DNA of 64,000 bases from a plasmid, in sequence record NZ_CP011600.1; one strand, given 5' to 3'. Numbering within the stretch: position 1 is the stretch's first letter; the number at the start of each line of letters is the position of its first letter. Made by a program: the position numbers and the translations under genes. The notes beneath the pieces were generated by a model. The model searched no databases. It was not told where the DNA came from and was given only the letters and a program-made list of their open reading frames with translations. Below, piece after piece: positions 33,900 to 44,412 of this stretch.

Positions 33900-35226
33900 T
33901 CTATGGTCACTCCCGTTTTTGCAACACCGATTTTGACGACAAGTTGGCTTGCTTGAATCTATCCGGCGTCTGAATGGGATTTTATTCCCGCGCCTCGATG
34001 AGTTCCGCGCCTGATGAACCTCCAGAAAATATACGGCTTCAATGAGCCTTTCCGTTTTACAGGTTCCTCAACAGGCCGGTGGGCCGTTAGTATCATCAAT
34101 ATCAGTATTCGCAAAACCAGATGAATGATTGTTTAAACTGGTGTATTTCTGCCTTTATGCTTCGTAAGTTTGCTGTCGCGCCGTCAGTGCCCAGGCTATT
34201 CTGGCCAGCTTGTTTGCCAGAGCACAGGTGACGACAAAGTTGCTTTTCCGACACAACAACTCCCTGACCCAGTCGGCCAACTTGCCAGACTGGTGTTCCA
34301 GTTTTTGTATGAATACCCTGGCACACTGAACCAACAAAGTTCGGATCTTTTTGTTGCCCCGCTTGCTAATCCCTAACAATGTCGTCCGACCTCCCGTGCT
34401 GTACTGTCGGGGTACCAGCCCTGTTGCCGCCGCAAAGTCACGGCTGCTGGCGTACTGCTTCCCGTCGCCAATCTCAGTTGAAATAGTACTGGCAGTCAGC
34501 GTTCCAACGCAGGGAATACTCAGCAAGCGCTGTCCAACCTCATCTTCGTCCAACTTTCGTTTCAACTGAGATTCCAGATCTTTAATCTGCTCAACAAGAT
34601 AGTGATAATGCTGTTGTAATTTCAGCAGTAACTGGCTGAGATAAAGAGGCAAACTACTGTCCTCAAGAAGGGTACTCAGTCGACTAATAACGGCAGCACC
34701 TCGCGGAACGCTGATACCAAATTCCAGCAGAAAAGCATGCATCTGATTAGTTGTTTTCACCTTATCCTGAACCAGGGATTCACGGACACGATGCAGAGCT
34801 CGCATTGCCTGCTGAGATTCGGTTCTGGGCTGCACGAAACGCATAGATGGACGTGATGCTGCTTCACAGATAGCTTCAGCATCAACGAAGTCATTTTTGT
34901 TGCTTTTAACGAATGGGCGGACAAATTGCGGTGATATCAGCTTTGGAAAATGCCCTAACTCTGCCAGCTTGCGTGCCATAAAGTGAGAACCGCCACAGGC
35001 TTCCATCGCGATGGTTGTTGCCGGGCATGTCGCCAGAAATTCGATTAGCTTTGGTCGGGTGAATTTTTTACGGTAAACGGCCTTCCCACGATGATCCTGA
35101 CAATGAATATGGAAAGAGTTCTTACCCAGATCGATACCAATAAGCGCAATGTTTTCCATGATGGTTCTCCGAATGAAAGCCTGTCCTCAGCATAGTACTG
35201 GGAAGGAGGGAGTGACCATCTCATTA
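33900..35226 (-). mobile_element. IS1111-group IS (IS5075/IS4321-like, 1327 bp), copy 1, inserted in a divergent Tn21-family-like 38-bp IR
   Basis: Flanked by the IR halves GGGGTCCGCTTGGAAAACGGAA (33878-33899) and AATATCCTACGTTAAG (35227-35242). Same IS sequence as the other three copies. Confidence 0.85.
34155..35159 (-). CDS. IS110-family (IS1111 subgroup) transposase
   Basis: 334-aa ORF identical to those in copies 2-4 (MENIALIGIDLGKNSFHIHCQD...), with DEDD N-terminal and C-terminal IS110 domains. Confidence 0.9.
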   Translation of the reverse strand: MENIALIGIDLGKNSFHIHCQDHRGKAVYRKKFTRPKLIEFLATCPATTIAMEACGGSHFMARKLAELGHFPKLISPQFVRPFVKSNKNDFVDAEAICEAASRPSMRFVQPRTESQQAMRALHRVRESLVQDKVKTTNQMHAFLLEFGISVPRGAAVISRLSTLLEDSSLPLYLSQLLLKLQQHYHYLVEQIKDLESQLKRKLDEDEVGQRLLSIPCVGTLTASTISTEIGDGKQYASSRDFAAATGLVPRQYSTGGRTTLLGISKRGNKKIRTLLVQCARVFIQKLEHQSGKLADWVRELLCRKSNFVVTCALANKLARIAWALTARQQTYEA

Positions 35227-35333
35227 AATATCCTACGTTAAGCCTGTTTCTTTAGCTGGCATTACAAAAAGCGAGCGTCTGCATGGTATAGACAGACACC
35301 CGAATACGATAAAAATGAGACGAAAAAAACAGG

Positions 35334-35759
35334 TTACTTAACCCGCTTCCCCGTTTCGTCAATGACCTTTTCGCCGTCCTCTTTGGTAAACGCTCCTTTC
35401 TGACCTTCAGGTAGAATATCCAGCACTATTTCTGAAGGGCGGCAAAGACGAGTGCCAAGCGGCGTAACGACTACCGGCCGATTAATCAGGATCGGATGTT
35501 GAAGCATAAAATCAATCAACTGCTCATCACTGAATTTCTCTTCATCAAGGCCCAGGCGTTCATAAGGCTCAACATTCTTACGCAGTAATGCACGCACCGT
35601 AATTCCCATATCTGAAATAAGTTTAATCAGCTCATCACGTGTCGGTGGCGTATCGAGGTAATAAATTATCGTCGGTTCGTTGCCGCTGTTACGTATCATC
35701 TCCAGCGTGTTGCGTGAAGTGCCGCAGGCAGGGTTGTGATAGATGGTAATGTTGCTCAT
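35334..35759 (-). CDS. arsC: Arsenate reductase ArsC (glutaredoxin-coupled)
   Basis: 141 aa (MSNITIYHNPACGTSRNTL). Confidence 0.9.
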   Translation of the reverse strand: MSNITIYHNPACGTSRNTLEMIRNSGNEPTIIYYLDTPPTRDELIKLISDMGITVRALLRKNVEPYERLGLDEEKFSDEQLIDFMLQHPILINRPVVVTPLGTRLCRPSEIVLDILPEGQKGAFTKEDGEKVIDETGKRVK

Positions 35760-35771
35760 ATCTGTATCTCA

Positions 35772-37061
35772 TTACAAAGTGATGGAGAGCCGCAACGCCA
35801 GCGCGGCCAGAGTGACAAACAGCACGGGCAGAGTCATGATAATGCCGGTGCGGAAGTAATAACCCCAGGTAATCGTTATATTTTTCCGGGCAAGAACATG
35901 CAGCCAAAGCAGGGTTGCCAGACTGCCAATCGGGGTGATTTTCGGGCCTAAATCGCAGCCAATCACGTTGGCATAAATCATTGCCTCTTTGACGACGCCA
36001 GTCGCCGTACTCCCGTCAATCGACAGCGCGCCAATCAGCACCGTCGGCATATTATTCATTACCGACGACAGGAACGCGGTCAGGAAGCCGGTGCCGAACG
36101 TTGCTGCCCATAACCCCTTTTCTGCCAGCAGGTTCAGTACACCAGACAGATACTCCGTGAGCCCGGCATTGCGCAGGCCATAGACCACCAGGTACATGCC
36201 CAGCGAAAAAATCACGATCTGCCATGGCGCACTGCGCAGGACTTTCCCTGTGTTGATGCCATGACCTCTTTTCGCCACGATAAACAGTACTGCTGCGCCA
36301 GCAGCTGCTATCGCGCTGACAGGGATCCCCAGCGGCTCCAGAACGAAGAAACCGACAAGCAGCAATAACAGGACAATCCAGCCCGCCCTGAACGTTGCCG
36401 CATCCTTTATCACACTGGCAGGCGTCTTCAGCAGCGAAACGTCATACGTTGCCGGAATATCCCTGCGGAAGAAGAGATGCAGCATGATCAGCGTGGCCGC
36501 AATCGCTGCCGCATCCACGGGGATCATAACGGAGGCGTACTGCGTAAAGCCCAGATCGAAGAAGTCCGCCGAGACGATATTCACCAGGTTAGAAACAATG
36601 AGTGGCAGGCTGGCCGTATCTGCAATAAATCCTGCAGCCATGACAAAGGCCAGTGTCGTGCCCTGGCTGAACCCCAGTGCGAGCAGCATCGCAATCACAA
36701 TCGGCGTCAGGATCAGCGCGGCGCCATCATTGGCGAACAAAGCAGCAACAGCGGCACCGAGCAAGACTATCCAGGTGAACAGCAGGCGGCCACGTCCGTT
36801 ACCCCAGCGGGAGACGTGCAGTGCGGCCCATTCAAAGAAGCCGGACTCATCGAGCAGCAGGCTGATGATGATGACCGCAATAAATGCCGCTGTCGCGTTC
36901 CAGACGATATTCCAGACAACGGGAATATCAGCGATATGAATGACACCGGTTCCCAGCGCCAGCACAGCCCCGATACTCGCGCTCCAGCCAATACTCAGGC
37001 CTCTGGGTTGCCAGATCACCAGTACCAGCGTCAGTAAAAATATACTCCCTGCCAAAAGCAT
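35772..37061 (-). CDS. arsB: Arsenite efflux pump ArsB
   Basis: About 429 aa from [19 protein letters not shown]. The ORF-track 5' extension overlapping arsR was discarded. Confidence 0.9.
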   Translation of the reverse strand: MLLAGSIFLLTLVLVIWQPRGLSIGWSASIGAVLALGTGVIHIADIPVVWNIVWNATAAFIAVIIISLLLDESGFFEWAALHVSRWGNGRGRLLFTWIVLLGAAVAALFANDGAALILTPIVIAMLLALGFSQGTTLAFVMAAGFIADTASLPLIVSNLVNIVSADFFDLGFTQYASVMIPVDAAAIAATLIMLHLFFRRDIPATYDVSLLKTPASVIKDAATFRAGWIVLLLLLVGFFVLEPLGIPVSAIAAAGAAVLFIVAKRGHGINTGKVLRSAPWQIVIFSLGMYLVVYGLRNAGLTEYLSGVLNLLAEKGLWAATFGTGFLTAFLSSVMNNMPTVLIGALSIDGSTATGVVKEAMIYANVIGCDLGPKITPIGSLATLLWLHVLARKNITITWGYYFRTGIIMTLPVLFVTLAALALRLSITL

Positions 37062-37105
37062 CTCAGACCCCATCATATATGATTTTGTAAATATGTTTTC
37101 CTGCC

Positions 37106-37426
37106 TCAGCAGGAGGTGCAGGCTGATTTGTCCAGCCATCCACGTACATCCTCGCGCAGACACTGCCAGGTCGTCGTGATTGTCTCTGCTGCCCACGCCG
37201 GAATATGGGGTGACAGACGATAGTGGATCCATTTGCCTTCCCGACGGTCAAGAACCAGATCAGCCTCGCGAAGGATAGCCATATGTCGCGAAATTTTGGG
37301 CTGCGATTCGGAGGTGGCAACGCAGATATCGCAGACGCACAATTCTCCGGACTCCCGGAGAAGCATGACGATGGCTAGCCGTGTTTCATCCGACAGGATT
37401 TTGAAAAGCTGAACAGGTTGTAGCAT
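37106..37426 (-). CDS. arsR: ArsR/SmtB-family repressor ArsR
   Basis: 106 aa with the ELCVCDL metal-binding motif inside a helix-turn-helix. Confidence 0.9.
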   Translation of the reverse strand: MLQPVQLFKILSDETRLAIVMLLRESGELCVCDICVATSESQPKISRHMAILREADLVLDRREGKWIHYRLSPHIPAWAAETITTTWQCLREDVRGWLDKSACTSC

Positions 37427-37511
37427 TTTTCACTCCGTTCCCTTTAGAATACACATATGTTAGATCATATGTATTAACTTTAAAATCACCTGTTCTCTCC
37501 GGAGGAGAAAA

Positions 37512-38210
37512 ATGGAACAATTTCCAGCCCTGAATACTGACTGTTTTGATCAACATATTGCCGAACGTCTGCACCTGCAGGAGCCCCCACGGATTCTGAT
37601 CCTGTATGGCTCAGTAAGGGAGCGCTCCTACAGTCGCTTTGCCGCGGAGGAAGCAGGTCGCCTGCTGACGGCGATGGGCGCGGAGGTGAAATTCTTTAAC
37701 CCCTCCGGTTTACCCCTGCCGGATGATGCCCCGGATACGCACCCTAAAGTCTCCGAGCTACGCGGGCTGGTCAGATGGTGTGACGGGATGGTGTGGAGCT
37801 CGCCGGAACGGCACGGGGCTATGAGCGCGGTGATGAAGGCGCAGATCGACTGGATACCGTTGAGTGAAGGCGCGGTTCGTCCTTCGCAGGGCAAGACACT
37901 TGCAGTGATGCAGGTTTGCGGCGGTTCGCAGTCCTTCAATGCCGTGAACCAGATGCGCATTCTGGGCCGCTGGATGCGGATGTTCACAATTCCCAACCAG
38001 TCCTCGGTGGCGAAAGCCTGGCAGGAATTTGATGAGAACGGAAGGATGAAGCCGTCCTCATGGTACGACCGTATCGTAGATGTCGCAGAGGAGTTGTTTA
38101 AAATTACGTTGCTGCTCAGGGGACAAACCAGCTACCTTGCAGATCGCTACAGCGAACGAAAAGAGAGTCATCAGGAACTTTCGTACCGCGTCAATCAGGA
38201 AAAAATATAA
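37512..38210 (+). CDS. arsH: NADPH-dependent FMN reductase ArsH
   Basis: 232 aa, divergent from arsRBC. Flavodoxin-like fold signature. Confidence 0.9.
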   Translation: MEQFPALNTDCFDQHIAERLHLQEPPRILILYGSVRERSYSRFAAEEAGRLLTAMGAEVKFFNPSGLPLPDDAPDTHPKVSELRGLVRWCDGMVWSSPERHGAMSAVMKAQIDWIPLSEGAVRPSQGKTLAVMQVCGGSQSFNAVNQMRILGRWMRMFTIPNQSSVAKAWQEFDENGRMKPSSWYDRIVDVAEELFKITLLLRGQTSYLADRYSERKESHQELSYRVNQEKI

Positions 38211-38349
38211 CGCCTTCTGATCGTATAAATACACACCATGAGCGTTTTCACAAAGTCTCCTTCTGCCAGGCAGCGGATAATCTTACATGTGTCTGTCGTT
38301 TTCAGAAGACGGCAGACCGGACTAAAAGGGGTCGCCTCAGAAAACGGAA

Positions 38350-39676
38350 TCTATGGTCACTCCCGTTTTTGCAACACCGATTTTGACGACAAGTTGGCTT
38401 GCTTGAATCTATCCGGCGTCTGAATGGGATTTTATTCCCGCGCCTCGATGAGTTCCGCGCCTGATGAACCTCCAGAAAATATACGGCTTCAATGAGCCTT
38501 TCCGTTTTACAGGTTCCTCAACAGGCCGGTGGGCCGTTAGTATCATCAATATCAGTATTCGCAAAACCAGATGAATGATTGTTTAAACTGGTGTATTTCT
38601 GCCTTTATGCTTCGTAAGTTTGCTGTCGCGCCGTCAGTGCCCAGGCTATTCTGGCCAGCTTGTTTGCCAGAGCACAGGTGACGACAAAGTTGCTTTTCCG
38701 ACACAACAACTCCCTGACCCAGTCGGCCAACTTGCCAGACTGGTGTTCCAGTTTTTGTATGAATACCCTGGCACACTGAACCAACAAAGTTCGGATCTTT
38801 TTGTTGCCCCGCTTGCTAATCCCTAACAATGTCGTCCGACCTCCCGTGCTGTACTGTCGGGGTACCAGCCCTGTTGCCGCCGCAAAGTCACGGCTGCTGG
38901 CGTACTGCTTCCCGTCGCCAATCTCAGTTGAAATAGTACTGGCAGTCAGCGTTCCAACGCAGGGAATACTCAGCAAGCGCTGTCCAACCTCATCTTCGTC
39001 CAACTTTCGTTTCAACTGAGATTCCAGATCTTTAATCTGCTCAACAAGATAGTGATAATGCTGTTGTAATTTCAGCAGTAACTGGCTGAGATAAAGAGGC
39101 AAACTACTGTCCTCAAGAAGGGTACTCAGTCGACTAATAACGGCAGCACCTCGCGGAACGCTGATACCAAATTCCAGCAGAAAAGCATGCATCTGATTAG
39201 TTGTTTTCACCTTATCCTGAACCAGGGATTCACGGACACGATGCAGAGCTCGCATTGCCTGCTGAGATTCGGTTCTGGGCTGCACGAAACGCATAGATGG
39301 ACGTGATGCTGCTTCACAGATAGCTTCAGCATCAACGAAGTCATTTTTGTTGCTTTTAACGAATGGGCGGACAAATTGCGGTGATATCAGCTTTGGAAAA
39401 TGCCCTAACTCTGCCAGCTTGCGTGCCATAAAGTGAGAACCGCCACAGGCTTCCATCGCGATGGTTGTTGCCGGGCATGTCGCCAGAAATTCGATTAGCT
39501 TTGGTCGGGTGAATTTTTTACGGTAAACGGCCTTCCCACGATGATCCTGACAATGAATATGGAAAGAGTTCTTACCCAGATCGATACCAATAAGCGCAAT
39601 GTTTTCCATGATGGTTCTCCGAATGAAAGCCTGTCCTCAGCATAGTACTGGGAAGGAGGGAGTGACCATCTCATTA
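38350..39676 (-). mobile_element. IS5075/IS4321-like IS, copy 2, inside the outer IR of the pbr transposon
   Basis: IR halves GGGGTCGCCTCAGAAAACGGAA (38328-38349) and AATAAAGCACGCTAAG (39677-39692). Exactly 1327 bp. Confidence 0.9.
38605..39609 (-). CDS. IS110-family transposase (copy 2)
   Basis: Identical 334-aa ORF. Confidence 0.9.
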   Translation of the reverse strand: MENIALIGIDLGKNSFHIHCQDHRGKAVYRKKFTRPKLIEFLATCPATTIAMEACGGSHFMARKLAELGHFPKLISPQFVRPFVKSNKNDFVDAEAICEAASRPSMRFVQPRTESQQAMRALHRVRESLVQDKVKTTNQMHAFLLEFGISVPRGAAVISRLSTLLEDSSLPLYLSQLLLKLQQHYHYLVEQIKDLESQLKRKLDEDEVGQRLLSIPCVGTLTASTISTEIGDGKQYASSRDFAAATGLVPRQYSTGGRTTLLGISKRGNKKIRTLLVQCARVFIQKLEHQSGKLADWVRELLCRKSNFVVTCALANKLARIAWALTARQQTYEA

Positions 39677-39699
39677 AATAAAGCACGCTAAGCCCTTAC

Positions 39700-40140
39700 T
39701 TACCCAGATGTTTGACTGTTCGTGGCACTTTCACCATGGCAATTGCAATTGCCCAACCCTTGCAAAATGCCGCACGCCTCTACAGATCGAGAGCCAGAAC
39801 ACTTCTCGCGCAAATCAACCAAGTGCCGTTTTAACTGCAACAGCGCGGACACACGCATTTCCACCTGTTGAATATGGGCCTCCAGCAGCGTGATGACCTC
39901 CCCACAGTCCTGCATCGGGTTGTCTCGCAGACCCAGCAATGCGCGAATCTCGCTCAACGTCATGTCGAGCGAACGGCAATGACGGATGAATTGCAAGCGC
40001 TCAATGTGCGCCTCACCGTACAACCGAAAGTTGCCACCGCTTCGCGCTGGCTTTGGCAGTAGCCCTTCCTTCTCGTAGTAGCGGATGGTCACGACCTCGC
40101 ACCCAGAGCGCTTGGCGAGGTCGCCAATTCTGATTTCCAT
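39700..40140 (-). CDS. pbrR: MerR-family Pb(II)/Cd(II)-responsive regulator PbrR/CadR-like
   Basis: 146 aa with a MerR helix-turn-helix and a C-terminal Cys cluster (CGILQGLGNCNCH). Transcribed toward the IR. Confidence 0.85.
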   Translation of the reverse strand: MEIRIGDLAKRSGCEVVTIRYYEKEGLLPKPARSGGNFRLYGEAHIERLQFIRHCRSLDMTLSEIRALLGLRDNPMQDCGEVITLLEAHIQQVEMRVSALLQLKRHLVDLREKCSGSRSVEACGILQGLGNCNCHGESATNSQTSG

Positions 40141-40161
40141 GCATCAATCTCCAATTATCAC

Positions 40162-40192
40162 TTGACTCTATAGTGACTATAGAGATTTTAAT
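40162..40192. promoter_or_regulatory. MerR-type promoter/operator: TTGACT, then the dyad CTCTATAGTGACTATAGAG, then a -10 element with long spacer
   Basis: Perfect 8-bp inverted repeat between the -35 and -10 elements in the pbrR/pbrA divergent region. Confidence 0.65.
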
Positions 40193-40225
40193 GGAGGCTG
40201 AATAGAAGATTTTCAGGAGTTACTC

Positions 40226-42631
40226 ATGAGCGAATGCGCTTCAAAGGGGTGTGGCTGCACGACTGAGCCGATCATCCAACCCACGGCACCGGCCCCGCTG
40301 GCAACCGGATCGGCTCAAGCGGTGTACCGCATCGAGAACATGGATTGCCCGACCGAAGAGGCGCTGATCCGAAGCAAACTGGCCGGTCTGGCGGGGGTGG
40401 CGGGTCTTGAATTCAACCTGATGCAACGTACCTTGGCCGTGCGACACGAATTGCCTTCGTTGTCTCCCGTCGAGCAGGCGCTGAAGGCCATCGGCATGCA
40501 AGCTGTGCGCATGGATCAGGCGTCGGCCGAGCAGACGACCAAGCTGTCCATTGCCAAGATGGATTGCCCGACCGAAGAGACGTTGATCCGCAACAAGCTC
40601 GGCACCGTGGCCGGTGTTGCTGATCTCGATTTCAACCTGATGCAGCGCACGCTGTCGGTACGCCATGCGAACCAGGTTCTGCCAGACGTGCTCGTGGCAC
40701 TGCAAGCGCTTGGATTCGAGGCGCAGGTCGTGGACACGGCAGAGGTCGCATCTCCATCCGCCGCCCCTGTGACCACGCCGACCAACTGGTGGCCGCTGGG
40801 CATCTCCTTGGTCACTGCATCGGCGGCCGAGGCGGTCTACTGGCTCCACAACGGCAATCACTGGTCGGTTGTCGTTCTGGCGCTTGTCGCGGTCTTCACG
40901 GGTGGCCTCTCCACCTACAAGAAGGGGTGGATCGCGCTCAAGAACCGTAATCTCAACATGAACGCCCTCATGTCGATTGCGGTCACGGGTGCCATGTTGA
41001 TCGGCCACTGGCCCGAAGCGGCAATGGTGATGGTACTGTTCGCGCTGGCCGAGGTAATCGAAGCCAAATCGCTGGATCGCGCTCGTAACGCTATCCGTGG
41101 CCTGCTCGACCTGACCCCGGAACAGGCCACGGTACAGCAGGCTGACGGCACATGGCGCGAGGTGGGCGCCAAGCAAATCACCATCGGCGCCCGCGTCCGG
41201 GTCAAACCAGGTGAGCGCATCGCCCTTGATGGTGAGGTGCTGGAAGGCCGCTCTGCCGTCAACCAAGCCCCGATCACGGGTGAAAGCCTCCCGGTCGAAA
41301 AATCCCCCGGTGATTCGGTGTTCGCTGGCACGATCAACGAATCCGGCTCGTTCGAGTACCGCGTCACCGCCTTGGCCAACAACTCCACTTTGGCCCGGAT
41401 CATTCACGCGGTAGAGGCTGCGCAAGGTAGTCGTGCGCCGACTCAGCGTTTTGTCGATCAGTTCGCCCGCTGGTACACCCCCGTTGTATTCGGCGTTGCC
41501 ATCGCCGTCGCGTTGTTGCCGCCGCTGTTCATGGGTGCGGCATGGCTCGACTGGATCTACCGTGCATTGGTTCTGCTGGTGGTCGCCTGCCCGTGCGCAC
41601 TGGTGATCTCTACACCGGTCAGCATCGTCAGCGGCCTGGCCGCCGCCGCCCGCCACGGCATTCTCATCAAAGGTGGCGTCTATCTGGAAGAAGGCCGCAA
41701 GCTGCGCTGGCTGGCTCTGGACAAGACCGGCACGATCACGCACGGCAAGCCCGCACAGACCGACTTTGTCACATGGGGCAATGCACTCGCCTCGGACAGC
41801 CGCAGCATCGCTGCCAGTCTGGCGGCCCGCTCGGACCATCCTGTATCCAAGGCGGTGGCACAGGCCGCGCAGACGGACGGGGTTGCCTTGCTCGACGTGG
41901 CCGAATTCAACGCGCTGCCCGGTCGGGGTGTGCAAGGCCAAATCAACGGTGCGACCTACCATCTGGGCAACCACCGGATGCTCGAAGAGCTGGGGCAGTG
42001 CACACCAGAGCTGGAGCAGCGCATCGCTGCGCTGGAAACCGCTGGCAAGACCGTCGTGATGCTGGTGGGCGCAAAAGGGGTACATGGCTTATTCGCCGTT
42101 GCGGACACCATCAAGGACAGCAGCAAGAGAGCCATCGCCGAGCTGCATGCTCTGGGCATCAACACCGTGATGTTGACCGGCGATAACCCCCACACGGCAC
42201 AGGCCATCGCCGCACAAGCCGGCATTGACCGCGCGCAAGGCAACCAACTGCCCGACGACAAACTGCGCGAAGTGGAGCAATTGTCCAGAAACGGCAAGGT
42301 TGGCATGGTCGGTGATGGCATCAACGACGCACCGGCCTTGGCGCGTGCGGACATTGGCTTTGCAATGGGAGCGGCGGGCACAGATACCGCTATTGAAACC
42401 GCCGACGTGGCCCTGATGGACGATGACCTGCGCAAGATTCCGACCTTCGTGCGCCTGTCGCGTGCGACAGCACAGGTGCTGATGCAAAACATTGTGCTGG
42501 CCCTTGGCATCAAGGCGGTATTTTTGGTGCTCACCTTCACGGGTCACGCGACCATGTGGATGGCTGTGTTCGCCGATATGGGTGCCAGCTTGCTTGTTGT
42601 CGGCAACGGCTTGAGGTTGTTGCGCCGATGA
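40226..42631 (+). CDS. pbrA: Pb/Cd/Zn-translocating P1B-type ATPase PbrA (ZntA/CadA-like)
   Basis: 801 aa with two N-terminal HMA domains (MDCPTEE x2), a CPC motif, DKTGT and GDGINDAP. Confidence 0.9.
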   Translation: MSECASKGCGCTTEPIIQPTAPAPLATGSAQAVYRIENMDCPTEEALIRSKLAGLAGVAGLEFNLMQRTLAVRHELPSLSPVEQALKAIGMQAVRMDQASAEQTTKLSIAKMDCPTEETLIRNKLGTVAGVADLDFNLMQRTLSVRHANQVLPDVLVALQALGFEAQVVDTAEVASPSAAPVTTPTNWWPLGISLVTASAAEAVYWLHNGNHWSVVVLALVAVFTGGLSTYKKGWIALKNRNLNMNALMSIAVTGAMLIGHWPEAAMVMVLFALAEVIEAKSLDRARNAIRGLLDLTPEQATVQQADGTWREVGAKQITIGARVRVKPGERIALDGEVLEGRSAVNQAPITGESLPVEKSPGDSVFAGTINESGSFEYRVTALANNSTLARIIHAVEAAQGSRAPTQRFVDQFARWYTPVVFGVAIAVALLPPLFMGAAWLDWIYRALVLLVVACPCALVISTPVSIVSGLAAAARHGILIKGGVYLEEGRKLRWLALDKTGTITHGKPAQTDFVTWGNALASDSRSIAASLAARSDHPVSKAVAQAAQTDGVALLDVAEFNALPGRGVQGQINGATYHLGNHRMLEELGQCTPELEQRIAALETAGKTVVMLVGAKGVHGLFAVADTIKDSSKRAIAELHALGINTVMLTGDNPHTAQAIAAQAGIDRAQGNQLPDDKLREVEQLSRNGKVGMVGDGINDAPALARADIGFAMGAAGTDTAIETADVALMDDDLRKIPTFVRLSRATAQVLMQNIVLALGIKAVFLVLTFTGHATMWMAVFADMGASLLVVGNGLRLLRR

Positions 42632-43704
42632 GCTGGAAACTCTTTCTCTATGACTGGGGTGGCCTGAACATCGCGTTGTTTCAAGCCATCAACACAGGCA
42701 CGCCCGCCACGCTGAAACCACTGGCATGGTTCTTTGGCCTCGTGGGAAGTTACTGGACAGCGCCGCTGATGCTGTTGGGTCTGTGGTGGTGGTCGAAATC
42801 GGCTACAAACCCGGCGCGTGGTACGGCCGTTCGGCATCGCCTTATTGGTTTTAGCGCGGCCTTCTTGCTGGCGTTATTGGTCGCCACCGCCTTGAAGCTA
42901 TGGTTCGACTTTCCACGCCCGCCTGCCGTCCTTGGCGACCTGGCGCGCGTCATCGGGGACAAAGAGCTTCACTACAGCCTGCCCAGCGGGCATGCCACCT
43001 ATGCCGCGATGGTGGTCGGCGCGCTCTGGCCTTTGATGGGCCGCCGTGGTCGTCTCAGTTTAATGCTGTACGCCACATTGGTCGGCTGGTCGCGCATCGC
43101 GGCCGGAATGCACTTTCCGGCCGATGTGTTGGCGGGGTGGACGCTGGGATGGAGCTGCACGGCACTCGCCGGGTGGTTGCTGCCGTTGGCCGCCCCTGTG
43201 TGGCAATCGGCCCGCCGCACATCGGCTTGGGTCTGGTTCACCGTGGCCGCCAGTGCTGTCATGACCGATCAGCTCACGAAGTTCGCCATCATCCGCACGT
43301 TTGCCTACGGTGAGCAAGTCGAAATCACCCCGTTTTTCAACCTCGTTCATGTCCTGAATCCGGGTGCGGCATTCAGCTTTTTGGCGAACGCTGGTGGCTG
43401 GCAACGTTACTTTTTCATCACGCTGGGTCTGGCTGTTTCTGCTTGGCTGGGGCGCATGCTGTGCCAGCAACGGCCACGTCTCGAAGCGATGGGCTACAGC
43501 CTGATCCTCGGCGGTGCGCTGGGCAATGTCGCGGATCGTGTGCTGCGTGGACAGGTTGTTGATTTCCTTGACTTCCATTGGCGACTTGCGCACTGGCCCG
43601 CCTTCAACCTCGCTGATGTGGCGATAACTATCGGAGCGCTCTGCCTGTTCTTGACGGTTGTACCGAAAAGCAGTAAAGGCACAGAGGCCGAGGTGTCCGG
43701 TTAA
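42628..43704 (+). CDS. pbrBC: PbrBC fusion: PAP2 undecaprenyl-pyrophosphate phosphatase domain + signal peptidase II domain
   Basis: ATGA overlap with pbrA. N-terminal PAP2 motifs (PSGHAT ... SRIAAGMHFPAD) and a C-terminal LspA-like region (FNLADVAI). Confidence 0.85.
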   Translation: MSWKLFLYDWGGLNIALFQAINTGTPATLKPLAWFFGLVGSYWTAPLMLLGLWWWSKSATNPARGTAVRHRLIGFSAAFLLALLVATALKLWFDFPRPPAVLGDLARVIGDKELHYSLPSGHATYAAMVVGALWPLMGRRGRLSLMLYATLVGWSRIAAGMHFPADVLAGWTLGWSCTALAGWLLPLAAPVWQSARRTSAWVWFTVAASAVMTDQLTKFAIIRTFAYGEQVEITPFFNLVHVLNPGAAFSFLANAGGWQRYFFITLGLAVSAWLGRMLCQQRPRLEAMGYSLILGGALGNVADRVLRGQVVDFLDFHWRLAHWPAFNLADVAITIGALCLFLTVVPKSSKGTEAEVSG

Positions 43705-43833
43705 GCTATACCCTAACCTGATGTCAGATGTTGAGCACAAACAACGTCAGAGTAGGGTATTAATTTATATTTATTGACACATTCAGCCAAGGGTAATAGA
43801 TTTCATCCTGACATTTTTACCTTTGGAGGCATC
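43705..43833. promoter_or_regulatory. Probable res (resolution) site upstream of tnpR
   Basis: AT-rich intergenic stretch containing TGTCAGATGTTGAGCACA... between the cargo and the resolvase, as expected in Tn21-family transposons. Confidence 0.4.
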
Positions 43834-44391
43834 TTGCAAGGTCAACGTATCGGCTACGTTCGCGTCAGCAGCTTCGACCAGAATCCTGATCGACAACTGG
43901 AACAAATAGAAGTCGGCAAGGTATTCACCGATAAGGCTTCAGGCAAGGACACACAACGTCCCGAACTTGAAAGGCTGCTGGCCTTCGTCCGCGAGGGCGA
44001 CACCGTGGTGGTGCATAGCATGGACAGGTTGGCACGCAACCTTGATGACCTGCGCCGCATCGTCCAAGGGCTGACACAACGGGGCGTGCGCATGGAGTTC
44101 GTCAAAGAAGGGCTAACGTTCACCGGCGAGGACTCACCGATGGCCAATCTGATGCTGTCGGTCATGGGAGCCTTTGCTGAGTTCGAGCGCGCTCTGATCC
44201 GCGAACGTCAGCGCGAGGGAATCGTGCTGGCTAAGCAGCGCGGGGCCTACCGGGGACGAAAGAAATCGCTGAACAGCGAACAAATTGCCGAGTTGAAACG
44301 GCGAGTTGCGGCAGGCGACCAGAAAACCTTGGTGGCCCGTGACTTCGGCATCAGCCGCGAAACCTTGTACCAGTACCTGCGGGAAGACTGA
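43834..44391 (+). CDS. tnpR: Tn21-family serine resolvase TnpR
   Basis: Probable TTG start. 186 aa with the resolvase signature (GYVRVSSFDQN...). Confidence 0.85.
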   Translation: MQGQRIGYVRVSSFDQNPDRQLEQIEVGKVFTDKASGKDTQRPELERLLAFVREGDTVVVHSMDRLARNLDDLRRIVQGLTQRGVRMEFVKEGLTFTGEDSPMANLMLSVMGAFAEFERALIRERQREGIVLAKQRGAYRGRKKSLNSEQIAELKRRVAAGDQKTLVARDFGISRETLYQYLRED

Positions 44392-44394
44392 CCA

Positions 44395-44412
44395 TGCCAC
44401 GCCGCTCAATCC
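44395..44412 (+). pseudogene. tnpA: tnpA 5' stub (MPRRSI...) truncated by IS26
   Basis: ATGCCACGCCGCTCAATCC is a Tn21-type TnpA start. The IS26 IR begins at 44413. Confidence 0.6.

Noticed and set aside
35989-36183. Small ORFs inside arsB and the 486-aa extended arsB call
   Set aside because: The 5' extension would overlap arsR. The conserved ArsB N-terminus MLLAGSIF fixes the start at 37061.
36477-37037. Two + strand ORFs opposite arsB
   Set aside because: Antisense to a canonical ArsB membrane protein.
40241-42085. 614-aa ORF antisense to pbrA (plus 41956-42540 and others)
   Set aside because: High-GC coding DNA routinely yields long antisense ORFs. The sense-strand P-type ATPase is unambiguous, and the antisense product is low-complexity Arg/Gly/Ala-rich.
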